Source: an uncultured Acidobacteriota bacterium
Lineage (GTDB): Bacteria; Acidobacteriota; UBA6911
Assembly: GCA_963843575.1 (NCBI GenBank)
Contig: CAWJKZ010000016.1
Span: forward strand, 1-64,000
Length of the DNA stretch: 64,000 nucleotides
Reading direction: 5' to 3'
The translations under genes and the position numbers were made by a program. Below are positions 50,148-61,447 of this stretch, one piece after another. The notes under the pieces are model-generated. The model searched no databases, had not been told where the DNA came from, and was given only the letters and a program-made list of their open reading frames with translations. Within the stretch, counting starts at the first letter, position 1. Each line of letters opens with the position of its first letter.

Positions 50148-50170
50148 CACTAAGTGCTAGCACCTTAGTG
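50148..50170. promoter_or_regulatory. Imperfect palindrome upstream of the TonB receptor
   Basis: CACTAAG-TGCTAGCA-C-CTTAGTG within an AT-rich promoter region. Confidence 0.5.
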
Positions 50171-50259
50171 GCGTACCGCATTCTCCCCCCGGGTACGTCC
50201 TGGCATTTTGCCCCCCCGAGCTGCCCCCCAGCATCGAACCGCAATCTGAGGAGAAGAGT

Positions 50260-53200
50260 ATGTTGCAGAACCGTTATCGCAGGTTGCTGCTGGCGGTGAC
50301 AGCAGCACTTGCGATCACGCTATTGCCTGCGGGACTGGCGCTGGCGCAGAGCCAGAACGGGACCCTGAGGGGAATAGTGAAGGACACGTCAAGCGAGGTC
50401 ATCCCAGGCGCCACCGTGACCACCGTCAACGAAGCCACGAACGACAGCCGGACGATGGCGAGCACGTTGGACGGGACATTCAATTTCCCCGGTCTCCAGC
50501 TGGGCGATTACACGCTGACGGTGGAGCTGGCCGGGTTCAGCAAGTACGTCCAGACGCACGTGTCTGTGAAGGCCAACCAGGTGACGGACGTGACCGCCAC
50601 GATGCAGCTCGGCCAGGTGACCAACACGGTCGAGGTCACGTCGGGTTCCGACATGGTTCAGACAAGCACCACGCAGGCCGGCGGCACGATCCGTGACCAG
50701 GCCGTGGAAGAGGTGCCGAATCCCACACTGGACGGCTCACCTCTGAACCTGGCGATCATTTTCCCGAACACCACTACCATGCCGGGTGGTGTGGCAGGGC
50801 AGGGTGGCTCGGTTGGTGGGAACCGTCCGCGCAACAACAACTTCACCATCGACGGGGTCGACAACAACGACGTCAGCCTGACGGGCCCGCTCGCTCCAGT
50901 TATCCAGGACGCTGTTTCCGAGTTCAACCTGCTGACCAACATGTTCAGCGCCGAGTTCGGGCATTCGACCGCAGGTCAGTTCAATATCCTGACGAAGTCC
51001 GGCACGAACGATATCCATGGGAATGCTTTCGTATTCGGGCAGAACAAGAAACTCAACGCGTACGACAATCTGACCAAGGCCGCGATTTCCGACCGGCTCG
51101 CGTCCGGGCTGCCGGCAAAACCGAGATACGACTTCGCCCGGGTGGGCGGCACCGTCGGGTTCCCGGTGATCCGCGACAAGTTCTTCATGTTCGGGGCGTA
51201 CCAGTACCAGACGCGCGGACGGGAAGCGACGGGTGTTTCCGTCCTGGCCCCTACCGCTGCCGGTCTGTCCACTCTCAACTCCCAGGCTGCAAATGATGTC
51301 GTCCGAGGATATCTGGCCCAGTTCCCCATCGCCAGCACAGCGACAGACTCGGTCTTTGTCAACGGTCAGGCAATCCCGGTCGGAACCTTCCAGGCCTTCG
51401 CGCCCGACTATTTCAACCAGCACGACTTTCAGATCAACGCGGATTACAATGCGGGATCTCACCAGCTGCGCGGCCGTTTCCTCTACGACCGCTATCGGGC
51501 GCCGTGGATCAATCCCAACCTGCCGCTGCCACAATTCACGGGCGACAATGCCGACGACAACCGCAAGGTCGCGTTCACGGATGTCTGGACCATCAACAGC
51601 CGCTGGGTGAACGACTTCCGGCTATCGTATTCACGTGATGTCAAGAGCTTCGGAGTTCCCTCGACGTTCGCCAACTTTCCAAACATCGAGATCAACACGC
51701 TCGGGCTCGATGTCGGGCCGGAAGCAAACGCTCCACAGTCCAGTATTCAGAACGCCTACCAGGCTCTCGACAACGTGGCCTGGACCAGAGGAAGCCACTC
51801 GTTGAAGTGGGGATTCGAATACAGGAACTGGATCGCGCCCTCGGACTTCCTTCCCCGCGAGCGCGGGGAGTGGAGTTACGTCGACTTCAGCCAATTCGTG
51901 AGCGACCTTGTGCCGACCGGGGGCAACGGAGCCCTGCGCGGCGCCGGGACCGGCTTCTTCGCCGGCAACCAGCAGGCTTTCTACACGTTCGCCCAGGACG
52001 ACTGGAAGGTCACGCCGCGTCTGACCCTTAACTTAGGCCTGCGGTACGAGTACGTCACAAATGCGCGGGACGCGAGTCTCCAGGCGCTGAATTCGATTGC
52101 CAGCGTGCCGGGACTGTTCGACTTCCGTGTGCCGAAAACTGACAAGAACAACTTCGGCCCGCGCATCGGCCTTGCATGGGATCCGTTCGGCACGGGGCGG
52201 ACCTCGATCCGCGCCGGCTTCGGCACGGCCTACGACGTTTCGTTCCAGAACCTCGTTACCCTGCAGCTGCCTCCGCAGTTGCAGACCGAGCAGAACGCCG
52301 GCCTGACCTGCTCTCTGCCCAACGCTCCCTCCTGGTGCGGTTCGGGTCAGGGATTCCTCGCGGGCGGCGGACTGCTCAGCGTAAATGTGCCTCCGACTAC
52401 GGTTGAGGAAGCCCGGGCAGCGACGCAGGCCATCATCGTGGACCAGCACGCCCCGAAGACATTCACCTGGATGCTGAGTGTCCAGCGCGAGTTCTTCAGG
52501 AGCTGGCAGGTCGAACTCAGGTACCTGGGCACGCGCGGCCTGAACCTCCCGGTTCAAATGCGGATGAACGCCATTTCGGTATTCGAGTCGCATCCGGAAC
52601 TCGCGCTGACCACCTATTTCGACCCGTCGCAGGTCCCCGCGAGTTTCCCGGAGACGGCGCCGACTCTCGAGGCATTCCAGAATGCCCAGGATCTGCGCTA
52701 TTCGAGCCTCGGGTTCGTCGGCGGTTTCGTAACAGCCTTCCAGCCCATAGGAAGTTCGATCTATCACGGCGGCGCGATTGACGTAAACCGCCGGCTGGCC
52801 AACCACGTCTTCCTGAAGGGAAGCTACACCTTCTCGAAGACGATCGACAATGCCACCAACGAGCTGTTCACGAGCCGGGTGAACCCGCGCAGACCGCAGG
52901 ATTCCTACAACATGCGGAACGAGCGCGGGCTCTCGGTATTGGACCGGCCGCACAAGTTCGCTATGGGATGGCTGGTCGAGGTTCCGAACCCGAATCTCGG
53001 GAACTCATTCCTCAACGAGATCGTCCATGGGTGGCAGATCAACGGCACGTACCTGGCCGAGTCCGGCCAGCCGATCACCCCTCTGTCACCCGTCGATACG
53101 ATGGGGACCTTTGACGCCGCGGGCGCGCGTGCCTTCGAGAATCCGAACGGCACTGTGCGGACAGGGAGCGATGTCAACTTCGTCCTGCGGAATCCGGTGA

Positions 53201-53604
53201 CAGGAGCCAGCTCCATCTGCAACCCGGCCACATCAGATTGCCCGGGATCCCAGGTGGTTGCTTATGTGGCTCAGAATCCGAGTGCGCGGTTCGTGGTCGC
53301 GCAGCCCGGCTCCTTCCCGAATTCGGGACGCAACATCCTGCGCGCCCCGGGGTTGAACAACTGGGACCTCTCGTTCTTCAAGAACACCTACCTCACGGAG
53401 ACCAGGTATGTCCAGTTCCGCGTGGAGCTGTTCAACGCGTTCAACCATCGCCAACCGGCCCTCGGTGCGGGTACGGTGTTCCAATTCACCGACAACGCCC
53501 TGAGCACGACATATGCCAACGCGGCCAGCCCGCTGTTTCTCAATGCGAGCCAGTTCAGCGGCGGAAACCGGTCGATCCAGCTCGCGCTGAAGTTCATGTT
53601 CTAG
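50260..53604 (+). CDS. TonB-dependent receptor with carboxypeptidase-regulatory-like domain (Oar-like)
   Basis: GTLRGIVKD..IPGATVT, NNFTIDGVDNND, TKSGTN.IHG, QDDWKVTPRLTLNLGLRYE, RSIQLALKFMF. Confidence 0.92.
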   Translation: MLQNRYRRLLLAVTAALAITLLPAGLALAQSQNGTLRGIVKDTSSEVIPGATVTTVNEATNDSRTMASTLDGTFNFPGLQLGDYTLTVELAGFSKYVQTHVSVKANQVTDVTATMQLGQVTNTVEVTSGSDMVQTSTTQAGGTIRDQAVEEVPNPTLDGSPLNLAIIFPNTTTMPGGVAGQGGSVGGNRPRNNNFTIDGVDNNDVSLTGPLAPVIQDAVSEFNLLTNMFSAEFGHSTAGQFNILTKSGTNDIHGNAFVFGQNKKLNAYDNLTKAAISDRLASGLPAKPRYDFARVGGTVGFPVIRDKFFMFGAYQYQTRGREATGVSVLAPTAAGLSTLNSQAANDVVRGYLAQFPIASTATDSVFVNGQAIPVGTFQAFAPDYFNQHDFQINADYNAGSHQLRGRFLYDRYRAPWINPNLPLPQFTGDNADDNRKVAFTDVWTINSRWVNDFRLSYSRDVKSFGVPSTFANFPNIEINTLGLDVGPEANAPQSSIQNAYQALDNVAWTRGSHSLKWGFEYRNWIAPSDFLPRERGEWSYVDFSQFVSDLVPTGGNGALRGAGTGFFAGNQQAFYTFAQDDWKVTPRLTLNLGLRYEYVTNARDASLQALNSIASVPGLFDFRVPKTDKNNFGPRIGLAWDPFGTGRTSIRAGFGTAYDVSFQNLVTLQLPPQLQTEQNAGLTCSLPNAPSWCGSGQGFLAGGGLLSVNVPPTTVEEARAATQAIIVDQHAPKTFTWMLSVQREFFRSWQVELRYLGTRGLNLPVQMRMNAISVFESHPELALTTYFDPSQVPASFPETAPTLEAFQNAQDLRYSSLGFVGGFVTAFQPIGSSIYHGGAIDVNRRLANHVFLKGSYTFSKTIDNATNELFTSRVNPRRPQDSYNMRNERGLSVLDRPHKFAMGWLVEVPNPNLGNSFLNEIVHGWQINGTYLAESGQPITPLSPVDTMGTFDAAGARAFENPNGTVRTGSDVNFVLRNPVTGASSICNPATSDCPGSQVVAYVAQNPSARFVVAQPGSFPNSGRNILRAPGLNNWDLSFFKNTYLTETRYVQFRVELFNAFNHRQPALGAGTVFQFTDNALSTTYANAASPLFLNASQFSGGNRSIQLALKFMF

Positions 53605-53647
53605 TGACGCGGTGCACACGGGGAGACCCTCTCCGCGCGTGCGGAAT

Positions 53648-53699
53648 AAACCCCCACCGGTGGCGGGCCTGATCCCGCCGCGGTGGGGGTTTCCATTTT
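53648..53699 (+). terminator. Rho-independent terminator
   Basis: AAACCCCCACCG...GGCGGG / CCCGCC...CGGTGGGGGTTT stem followed by CCATTTT. Confidence 0.65.
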
Positions 53700-53754
53700 C
53701 GCCAGGCAAACGACTTCCGATGAGCGCTGCGGTACAATGTGCGCGGGAGGCCCT

Positions 53755-55310
53755 ATGGCGACGACATCGACATCGACCGCGCTGCTTTCCAGACTGAGCA
53801 TCGGAGAGGTCAACCCGGGCGCCTGCTCCGGCCCGGACCGCTGGATCACCGATCCGGAGGGCAAACTGGCGGTTTCCTTCAACCCGAGCACGGGCGAGCC
53901 GATCGCCAGGGTCGCGCTGGCGACGGCTGCATCCTGCGACCAAGTCGTCCGGGACGCCGCCGCGGCTTTCGAGTCCTGGCGTATGATCCCGGCGCCCAAA
54001 CGGGGCGACGTGATCCGCGATCTCGGCAACGCCCTGCGCGACCGCCAAGGAGCCGCTGGGCGATCTCGTCAGCCTGGAGATGGGCAAGATCCGCGCCGAG
54101 GGACACGGCGAAGTCCAGGAGATGATCGACATCTGCGACTTCGCGGTCGGGCTGTCGCGCCAGCTCTACGGCCTGACGATGCGCGTCCGAGCGGCCCGGC
54201 CACCGCATGATGGAGCAGTGGCACCCGCTCGGCGTCGTCGGGGTCATCACCGCCTTCAACTTCCCGGTGGCCGTCTGGTCGTGGAACGCCGCCATCGCCG
54301 CCGTCTGCGGCGACCCCGTCGTCTGGAAGCCCGCCGGCCCCACGCCCCTGACCGCCGTCGCCGTGCAGCACATCGCCAACCGCGTCATGGCCGACCACGG
54401 CCTGCGCGGCATCTTCAACCTGGCCATCGGGCCGGGCAGCGCCGTGGGCGAGCGCCTGCTGAAGGACCCGCGGCTGCCGCTGATCTCGTTCACGGGCTCC
54501 ACCCTCGTCGGCCGGCACGTGGCCGAAGTCGTCGCGCGCCGCTTCGGGCGCACGATCCTCGAACTCGGCGGCAACAACGCCATCATCGTCGCCGAAGACG
54601 CCGACCTCGACCTGGCGACCCGCGCCATCCTGTTCGGCGCCGTCGGCACCGCGGGCCAGCGCTGCACCTCGACCCGGCGCATCATCGTGCACACGTGCCA
54701 TCGCGAGGCAGCTGACCGAGCGCCTGCAAGGGCGCCTACGCGCAGGTCCGCATCGGCGACCCGCTCGATCCCGCCACCCTCATGGGCCCGCTCGTCACAC
54801 CCGAGGCGGTCGACGACATGATGGCAGCCATGGAACAGGCGCGTGCCGAAGGGGGCGAGGTGCTCTGCGGCGGACGCCGGCGCCCCGACATCGGACCCCA
54901 GTTCGTCGAACCGACCATCGTCCGAATGCCCGCACAGACCGAGATCGTCAAACGGGAGACCTTCGCCCCGATCCTCTATCTGCTCGAATACGACGCCTTC
55001 GAGCAGGCCCTGAGGCTGCACAACGATGTCCCGCAGGGGCTCTCCAGCGCCATCTTCACCGGGAGCGTGCGCAAGGCCGAGGAATTCCTGTCGGCCCGCG
55101 GCTCCGACTGCGGCATCGCCAACGTCAACATCGGCACCTCCGGCGCCGAGATCGGCGGCGCCTTCGGCGGCGAGAAGGAAACCGGCGGCGGCCGCGAGTC
55201 CGGCTCCGACGCCTGGAAGGCCTACATGCGCCGCCAGACCAACACCATCAACTGGTCTACCCACCTGCCCCTTAGCCCAAGGGATCAAGTTCGGGGACGG
55301 ACCGGGCTAA
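53755..55310 (+). CDS. Aldehyde dehydrogenase family 7 (piperideine-6-carboxylate/AASA dehydrogenase-like), frameshifted
   Basis: [69 protein letters not shown] across about 5 frames. Confidence 0.88.
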
Positions 55311-55543
55311 ACTATTTGAATACAGTTACTTATGGAAAAAATAGACCCAATAAGCCCTCTTATTTTGCGATTTTTGCCTCTCCTTTTCGCGTTTAAGGGC
55401 TCCTTTCGCTGCCGGCTTTCCCGATTATCGCCCGGAAGCCCTTATTCGCGAAAAAGAGGCCCCAAAATCGCAAATAAGGGCCTCTTTTAGCCTCATTTCT
55501 GCGGTAACTCTTGTTAACAAGAAGTTTGTTCTGGTCCGTCCCC
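55293..55543. mobile_element. AT-rich non-autonomous element, copy 2
   Basis: GGGGACGGACC (55293-55303) and GGTCCGTCCCC (55533-55543); interior homologous to 7099-7339. Confidence 0.75.
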
Positions 55544-56577
55544 TACTTCCTGGCGAGGATTATCGGGGAGTGCCACTCGATGTCGGCGGTTTCAACGTGT
55601 TGGAACCCCGCCTCCTGCAGCCAGCGCCGGTACTCGGAGACCGTGTAGGTGCTCCCCTTTTCGGTGTTGACGAGCATGTTGAGCGCGAAGATGGCGGCAA
55701 ACGGCGGGCCTGTCCGCTCCTCGTTCGGGATCATGTCGATGACCACCATTTCGCCGCCGTCGCGCAACGCCCGGTGCAGTCGACGGAACAGGTCCCGTGA
55801 CGATTCTTCGCCCTCGGAGTGCACGATGTTGCCGAGCAGGGCCACGTCGTAGCGTTGCTCTCCGAACTCGACGCGCTTCAGGTCGCCCGGCAGGAAGTCG
55901 TACTGGGCTTCGACCCCGTGTCGGCGCAGTTGCTCGCGCGTGACGTCGAGCATCCGCGGGTAATCCTGGGCGGTGACGCGCGCCCCGGCGTCCGCCTCGG
56001 CGAAAGCGATCCCCCAGACGCCCGACCCTGCGGCGACGTCCAGGATGCGCAGTTGACCGCGCCCGTTGCCGGCGCCGAGCAGCCGGGCGATCCGCTGCGC
56101 GGGTTCGCGGTGGACGATGTGCAGCCCCCGGACCAGCTTCGGGAAGAACTCCTCGGCCTCCTTCTGCGTCTCCACCCGACGGTAGGGGCGGTCGGTGCGC
56201 ACGCTTTCGGTCAGGCTCCCCCAGGAGTCCCACAGCGACTCCATGGTCAGGAAATCGCCGAGACAATCGGGGCTGGCCCGCACCATGTACTGCGCCGCGA
56301 ACGGAGTAAGGGAATACTGGTCGCGCTTTTTCTCGAGCAACCGCATCGCAGTCAGCGCGTCGAGCAGCATCCGGATACCGCGCTCTGCTGCCCCCGCCGC
56401 GCCCGCGATGCGTGTGGCGGTCCTGTGCCCGTCGTATATCCTGGAGAACACGTCCAATTCCACCGCGCTCATCAGGATGCGGGCCGGAGCGAAGCCGAGG
56501 TGAAGTTCCATCAGCTGCGGCATGCCGAACTCCTGCTGCCTGCGAGCGGACGGCTGCTCCTCCTGTCTTGTTTTCAT
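55543..56577 (-). CDS. SAM-dependent methyltransferase (type 2, with dimerisation domain)
   Basis: SAVELDVF, ILDVAAGSG, FLPGD, GNIVH, FALNML. Confidence 0.88.
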   Translation of the reverse strand: MKTRQEEQPSARRQQEFGMPQLMELHLGFAPARILMSAVELDVFSRIYDGHRTATRIAGAAGAAERGIRMLLDALTAMRLLEKKRDQYSLTPFAAQYMVRASPDCLGDFLTMESLWDSWGSLTESVRTDRPYRRVETQKEAEEFFPKLVRGLHIVHREPAQRIARLLGAGNGRGQLRILDVAAGSGVWGIAFAEADAGARVTAQDYPRMLDVTREQLRRHGVEAQYDFLPGDLKRVEFGEQRYDVALLGNIVHSEGEESSRDLFRRLHRALRDGGEMVVIDMIPNEERTGPPFAAIFALNMLVNTEKGSTYTVSEYRRWLQEAGFQHVETADIEWHSPIILARK

Positions 56578-56701
56578 GGATACCCCCCTGTCTTTTGGAT
56601 GGGGCCGCCCGCCCCCGAGCGGCGAGCGGCAGCTTTCCGCAGCAGGATAGCAAAGCGCGCGGCGCCGTGCCGGTGAATGAATTCACATCGAGCGCAAAGT
56701 A

Positions 56702-58162
56702 TTACCGGTTGGCCAGATGGTAAGCGGCGGCGAGGCCGATGCGTGCGGCGTCGGCCATGATGTCGGGATTGACGCGATAGATGGTGTCGCCGGTCCGGTG
56801 GTATTCCAGGTGGGGTCCGTTGGACGAGAAAGAAAGGCAGGGGATGCCGCGCTCGAAGAACGGGGCGAAGTCGCTCCCCTGCACCCCGAGTCCCCGGATC
56901 GCGGAGGTGCCGCGCAGGGTGCCGGCCGCGGCTCCGGCCTGGGCGAGGGCCTGTTGCAGCTCGGGCCGGCCGTCGGTGTAGCCGCAGCCGATGCTGTCGC
57001 CGGCCCCGACCATATCGAAGTTCAGCATGGCCAGCGGCGGCCCCAGCCCCGCGGGAAAGTGCGCCGCCAGGTACCGCGATCCCTTCAGGCCGGACTCTTC
57101 GGCGCCGAAGAGCGCGAAGACCACGGACCTTTTCGGCTTGAGCGGCATGCCGGCGAGCGCCCGGGCGATCTCCAGGACGGCGGCGGTGCCGCTGGCGTTG
57201 TCGTTGGCGCCCGGGAACAGCAGGCTCGTTATGGTGCCGCAGTGATCGGCGTGCGCGCCGACGAGAACGTATTGTCCGCCCAGGGCGGGGTCGGAACCGG
57301 GCACGATCCCGACGACGTTGAACCCGGTCCCCTGCGGGACGTGCCTGGTCCGGACGGCGAGGCGCACGCGCGTGGAGGTGGCGAACGACAGCGGCTTCCT
57401 GTACTTCAGCAGGTCCGCACGCAGCGACTCCGCCCGGAAGCCGCGCGGGGCGAGGATCGTGTCGGCCACCTTGCGGCTCACGACCGCTGGGGTGAAGTCC
57501 TGGATCCAGTCGCCGTTCGGGTTGGCGATCGGGTCGTCGTAGATGTAGATGACCCCGAGAGCCCCCTTGGCGTGCGCGCGGGCCATGCGGGTCCGGTGCT
57601 CGTCGTGGTCCCGGTAGCGGGGATCGGAGTGGTCCGGGGTGCCCCGGAAGCAGAGCACGAACTTGCCGCGTAAGTCGAGGCCAGCGTAATCGTCGTAGTC
57701 GATTTCGGGGGCGCTGATGCCCCAGCCCGCGAAAACTATTTCTCCCGTGCGGTCACCCGTGTCGCTGAACATCAACGGAAGGAAATCCCGCCCGGGCTCG
57801 AGCTTAACCTCCCCGGGTTCAGGCCCCTGCGCGGGCGGGAACAGGGTCATGGCGCACTCCTCGACCGAAGTGTGCTGCATCGGGAAAGCCTGCAGATAGG
57901 TGCCCCCGTCTCCGGCCGGCTGCAGTCCCCATTCCCGCATCCGACTAGCCATCCAACGGGCCGCGCCGGCGTAACCGGCGTCGCCCGTCAGGCGCCCCGC
58001 GAACTCGGGCGAGGCGAGCCTGCGGCAGGTCTGGTAGACGACGGCGCTGTCGACCGCGCGCAGGGCGCGGTCGACGGGCGTCTCGGCCAGCGACGAGGCG
58101 AGCGTGCAGAAGAGGAGGAGCAGCAGCGCCCCGCCGGGGCGCTGCGCCGAAGGGAAACGCAT
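56702..58162 (-). CDS. M28 family aminopeptidase with PA domain
   Basis: Signal peptide from ATG 58162, FAGRLTG, YDDYAGLD, GAHADH, GANDNASG, AEESGL, GSDF, YHRTGD. Confidence 0.88.
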   Translation of the reverse strand: MRFPSAQRPGGALLLLLFCTLASSLAETPVDRALRAVDSAVVYQTCRRLASPEFAGRLTGDAGYAGAARWMASRMREWGLQPAGDGGTYLQAFPMQHTSVEECAMTLFPPAQGPEPGEVKLEPGRDFLPLMFSDTGDRTGEIVFAGWGISAPEIDYDDYAGLDLRGKFVLCFRGTPDHSDPRYRDHDEHRTRMARAHAKGALGVIYIYDDPIANPNGDWIQDFTPAVVSRKVADTILAPRGFRAESLRADLLKYRKPLSFATSTRVRLAVRTRHVPQGTGFNVVGIVPGSDPALGGQYVLVGAHADHCGTITSLLFPGANDNASGTAAVLEIARALAGMPLKPKRSVVFALFGAEESGLKGSRYLAAHFPAGLGPPLAMLNFDMVGAGDSIGCGYTDGRPELQQALAQAGAAAGTLRGTSAIRGLGVQGSDFAPFFERGIPCLSFSSNGPHLEYHRTGDTIYRVNPDIMADAARIGLAAAYHLANR

Positions 58163-58167
58163 CGGTG

Positions 58168-59703
58168 TCAGCCCGCGGTGGAGACGGGGTCTGAGAAGTC
58201 GCGACACGCCGCGTCGTATTCCTTCCACCAGCCGCGCAGGACGTCCATGTCGGTGGCGCGCGGCTCGTCGCCGCCGCCCGACAGGTTCAGGTACTCGCGC
58301 AGCAGCGGCCGGAAGTGCGGGTGGGCGCACCTGTCGATGATGTCCTCGGCCCGGTGCCGGGCCGAGCGGATCTCGGTGTTCAGCGCGAAGCCCTGCTCGG
58401 TCACGACGCACTTGATGTCGTGCTCGGTGTGGTCGATGTGCCGCACGTACGGCATCACGCAGCTGACGGTCCGGCCGTCCTTCAGCCTCCGGATCGACGG
58501 CGTGTGCACGATGCTGATGTAGGCGTTGCGGAAGAAGTCGCCGCTGCCGCCGAGCCCGTTGACCACCCGCGAGCCGTCGACGTGCGTCGAGTTGACGTGG
58601 CCGTAGATGTCCACCTCGATCGGCGTGTTCATCGCGATGACGAACAGCCGCGAGATGATCTCGGCGCGAGTTGGAGAGCCACATCGGCCGCAGGACCAGC
58701 TTGTCGCGGCAGCGCGCGAACAGCCGCTCGAACTCCGCGCGCGCCGGCGCCGAGAACGAGACCGCCGTCGCCGAGGCGCAGTCGAACTTGTCGTCGTCCT
58801 CCACGTAGCGCATCATCCCGTCCTGGAACACCTCGGTCCAGAACCGGATCTTCTGGAAGGGGGACTCGTAGAGCTCGCCGACGATGGCGTTGGCGACGTT
58901 GCCGACGCCGGACTGGATCGGCGGCAGGCGCTTGCCCCAGTTGTACTGCTTGCGGCAGCGGAGCAGGAAATCGATCACGTTCTGGGCGATCTGCCGGTCG
59001 ATCTCCTGGGTGGGCTTGAAGCTGACCGGGTAGTCGGGCTGGTTCGATTCGACGACCGCCACGACCTTGCTCTTGTCGATCTCCACGTAGGGGGTGCCGA
59101 CCCGGTCGCTTGACGTTGATGATGGGGATCGGCCAGCCCACGTGCGGGTGCACCGCCGGCACCACGATGTCGTGGAACCCGGTGTAGTCCGGGATCGCCG
59201 TGTTGACCTCGAGGACGATCTTCTTCGCCATCGTCAGCGCCTCGGCCGAGATGCCGACCGACGAGGACAGGATCACGCTCCCGTCCGGCCGGATCCGCGA
59301 GACCTCGACCACCGCCAGGTCGATGTCGCCGTAGAAGCCGTACATGAGGTTGCGCGCGAACATCGAGAGGTGGACGTCCGTGAACTCCATCTGCCCGGAG
59401 TGGATCAGCTTGCGCGAGGCCGAGGACGACATGTACGGCCCGCGCTTGCCGACGAACGGCGCGATCGGGATTCTCGACCTCCTCCGACAGCGAGGCCCCG
59501 CTGAAGAGTGCGATTTTCGTCTTGGCGCCGGTCTGTTCCAGGTGCCGCGCCAGCGCGGGTATGAATGCCTTGGGCTCGCCGGACTTGGTGAAGCCGCTGA
59601 TGCCGATCTGGTCGTGGTTCTTCACCACCTTGACCGCCTCCTCCACAGGCATGAGCTTGCCCAACAACTCGGTACACTCGACTCGATCACTTATGTTTGT
59701 CAT
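58168..59703 (-). CDS. Acetyl-CoA hydrolase / succinate CoA-transferase family protein, frameshifted
   Basis: [51 protein letters not shown] across four frames. Confidence 0.88.
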
Positions 59704-59898
59704 GTATGACTCCTCGACCCTCGTCTTGCCGCAACCACACGGGTTATGAATGAATTCGGGGACTGTCTCCCGCGGGGAATGATCATAGAGGAAGCGGCCG
59801 AAAGCAACGAAAATCTGAAGCGCGCGCACCCACCCCAAGTCACGCTGCGCGGCGGGTTTCCCCCGGCGAAAACGGGCCGTTCGGCGGGCGGCCGCGGA

Positions 59899-60399
59899 TC
59901 AGTCCGTCCGGGAGGCCAGCGCCACGCGGGTGCGGTTGACAATCAGGTAGCGCAGGTCCCGGATCGGTCCGGGGACGCCGCCTGCCAGGCCGAAGAAGCC
60001 GGCGACCTCGGGCGAGTCCACCACGATGAACCGGTTTGCGCCGAGGTCCGCAAAAAGCCTCCGGCCGACCCTGCCCGTGACCGACAGCCCGGAGCGGCAC
60101 GCCAGCTCGAGCCTTATGCCGGTCAGTTCACGGTCGGCGTCGGCGGCCAGCGCCCTGAGCCCCTCGTCGCCCCCCGCCTCGACCAGTTCGTGGGCGAGCA
60201 GCACCTCGTCGACCTTGACCAGCGCCGCGCCCGGCCCGTCCGGCGCGCCACCCCGGTGGCGGACAATGGTGGCCTCGTCCACCTCAAGGAACGCGCGCGG
60301 GGTGGCGTTGAGAAAATCCGTGAGGCGCCGCCCGCCGGTCGCCACGTGCCCCCGGATCAGGAAGTCGTCCGTCACGAGAAGGTCTTTGACGTATCTCAA
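59899..60399 (-). CDS. Hypothetical protein (DUF6812-like)
   Basis: Coherent ORF immediately downstream of the AKR gene; IRGHV...RRLTDFLN. Confidence 0.55.
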   Translation of the reverse strand: MRYVKDLLVTDDFLIRGHVATGGRRLTDFLNATPRAFLEVDEATIVRHRGGAPDGPGAALVKVDEVLLAHELVEAGGDEGLRALAADADRELTGIRLELACRSGLSVTGRVGRRLFADLGANRFIVVDSPEVAGFFGLAGGVPGPIRDLRYLIVNRTRVALASRTD

Positions 60400-60405
60400 G
60401 CCCGG

Positions 60406-61401
60406 CTACGCCCAGAAGATCTCGGGAATCCGGGTCGGCCCGTCCAGGTGCCCGACCAGCCTCTTCTCCAGCGGGGCCCGCGACGGGTCGAGGTTGCGCC
60501 GCAACTGCTCGACCTCGGCCGGCTTGAGCGGTTCGAAGCCCCGGGCGATATCGGTGTTCTGGTCGATGTGGTCGACGGCGGGCATGCCGATGACCGCCGC
60601 CGTGACGGGCAACCCCATCGAGTAGCGCAACAGCAGGCCGATGTCCGCCTTGCCGGGCTCGTGGCCAACCAGGAACTCCTGCCCCGCCACCTTCATCGCA
60701 ATGACACCCAGCTTCTTCCTGTTGGCGGCCGGGAGGGCGAGCTCCTCGAAACGCCCGTTGCGGCTGGCGTTGAGCGCCATCTGGGCACAGTTCAGGTCGT
60801 GCCGCTCAATCGCCTGCGCGAGGACCGCGCCGTCGGTGTGGCTCGTCATCCCGATGAAGCGGGTGAGCTTCCGCTCGCGCGCCTCCAGCAACCCCTTCAG
60901 GGCCCCGTCGGGCGCCTCGATCTTCGCCAGGTCCTCCGCCTTGCCCAGGCTGTGGATGTGGACGAGGTCCACCTGGTCGACCTGCAGGCGCTTCAGGCTC
61001 GCCTCGAGCCTGCGCAGAAAACCGTCCCGCGTGCGGTCCGGGATCTTCGTGGCCAGAAACACCTCTTTGCGGCGCGACGGCATGAGCTTGCCGACCCTCG
61101 TCTCGCTCTCGCCGTCACCGTAGGAAAAAGCGGTGTCGACGTACGTGATGCCCAGGTCGATCCCACGGTTGAGCGCGGCCAGCGCCTTGTCCTCCTCCTT
61201 GTACATCAGCCAGCGGCTCCCGCAGCCAAAGGCGAGTATCGAGACGCTCACTCCCGTGGCCCCGAGCACACGGTGTGGGAGCGTTTTCTTGGCCGGCGGC
61301 TCGGCCCCGGCGTTCTGCGCGAAGACTTTCAACCCGGCGCCCGCGGCGGTGCCCGCGGCGACCCGTTCGAGGAACTCACGGCGAGACTGTTCTTTGGTCA
61401 T
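60406..61401 (-). CDS. Tat-signal aldo/keto reductase
   Basis: SRREFL, RVLGATG, DTAFSYG, SLKRLQVDQVDL, RFIGMTSH, GVIAMK. Confidence 0.9.
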   Translation of the reverse strand: MTKEQSRREFLERVAAGTAAGAGLKVFAQNAGAEPPAKKTLPHRVLGATGVSVSILAFGCGSRWLMYKEEDKALAALNRGIDLGITYVDTAFSYGDGESETRVGKLMPSRRKEVFLATKIPDRTRDGFLRRLEASLKRLQVDQVDLVHIHSLGKAEDLAKIEAPDGALKGLLEARERKLTRFIGMTSHTDGAVLAQAIERHDLNCAQMALNASRNGRFEELALPAANRKKLGVIAMKVAGQEFLVGHEPGKADIGLLLRYSMGLPVTAAVIGMPAVDHIDQNTDIARGFEPLKPAEVEQLRRNLDPSRAPLEKRLVGHLDGPTRIPEIFWA

Positions 61402-61447
61402 GACCCCTCCGGCAAGTGCTGCAGTGTCTGCCGGGCATTATAGCGCC

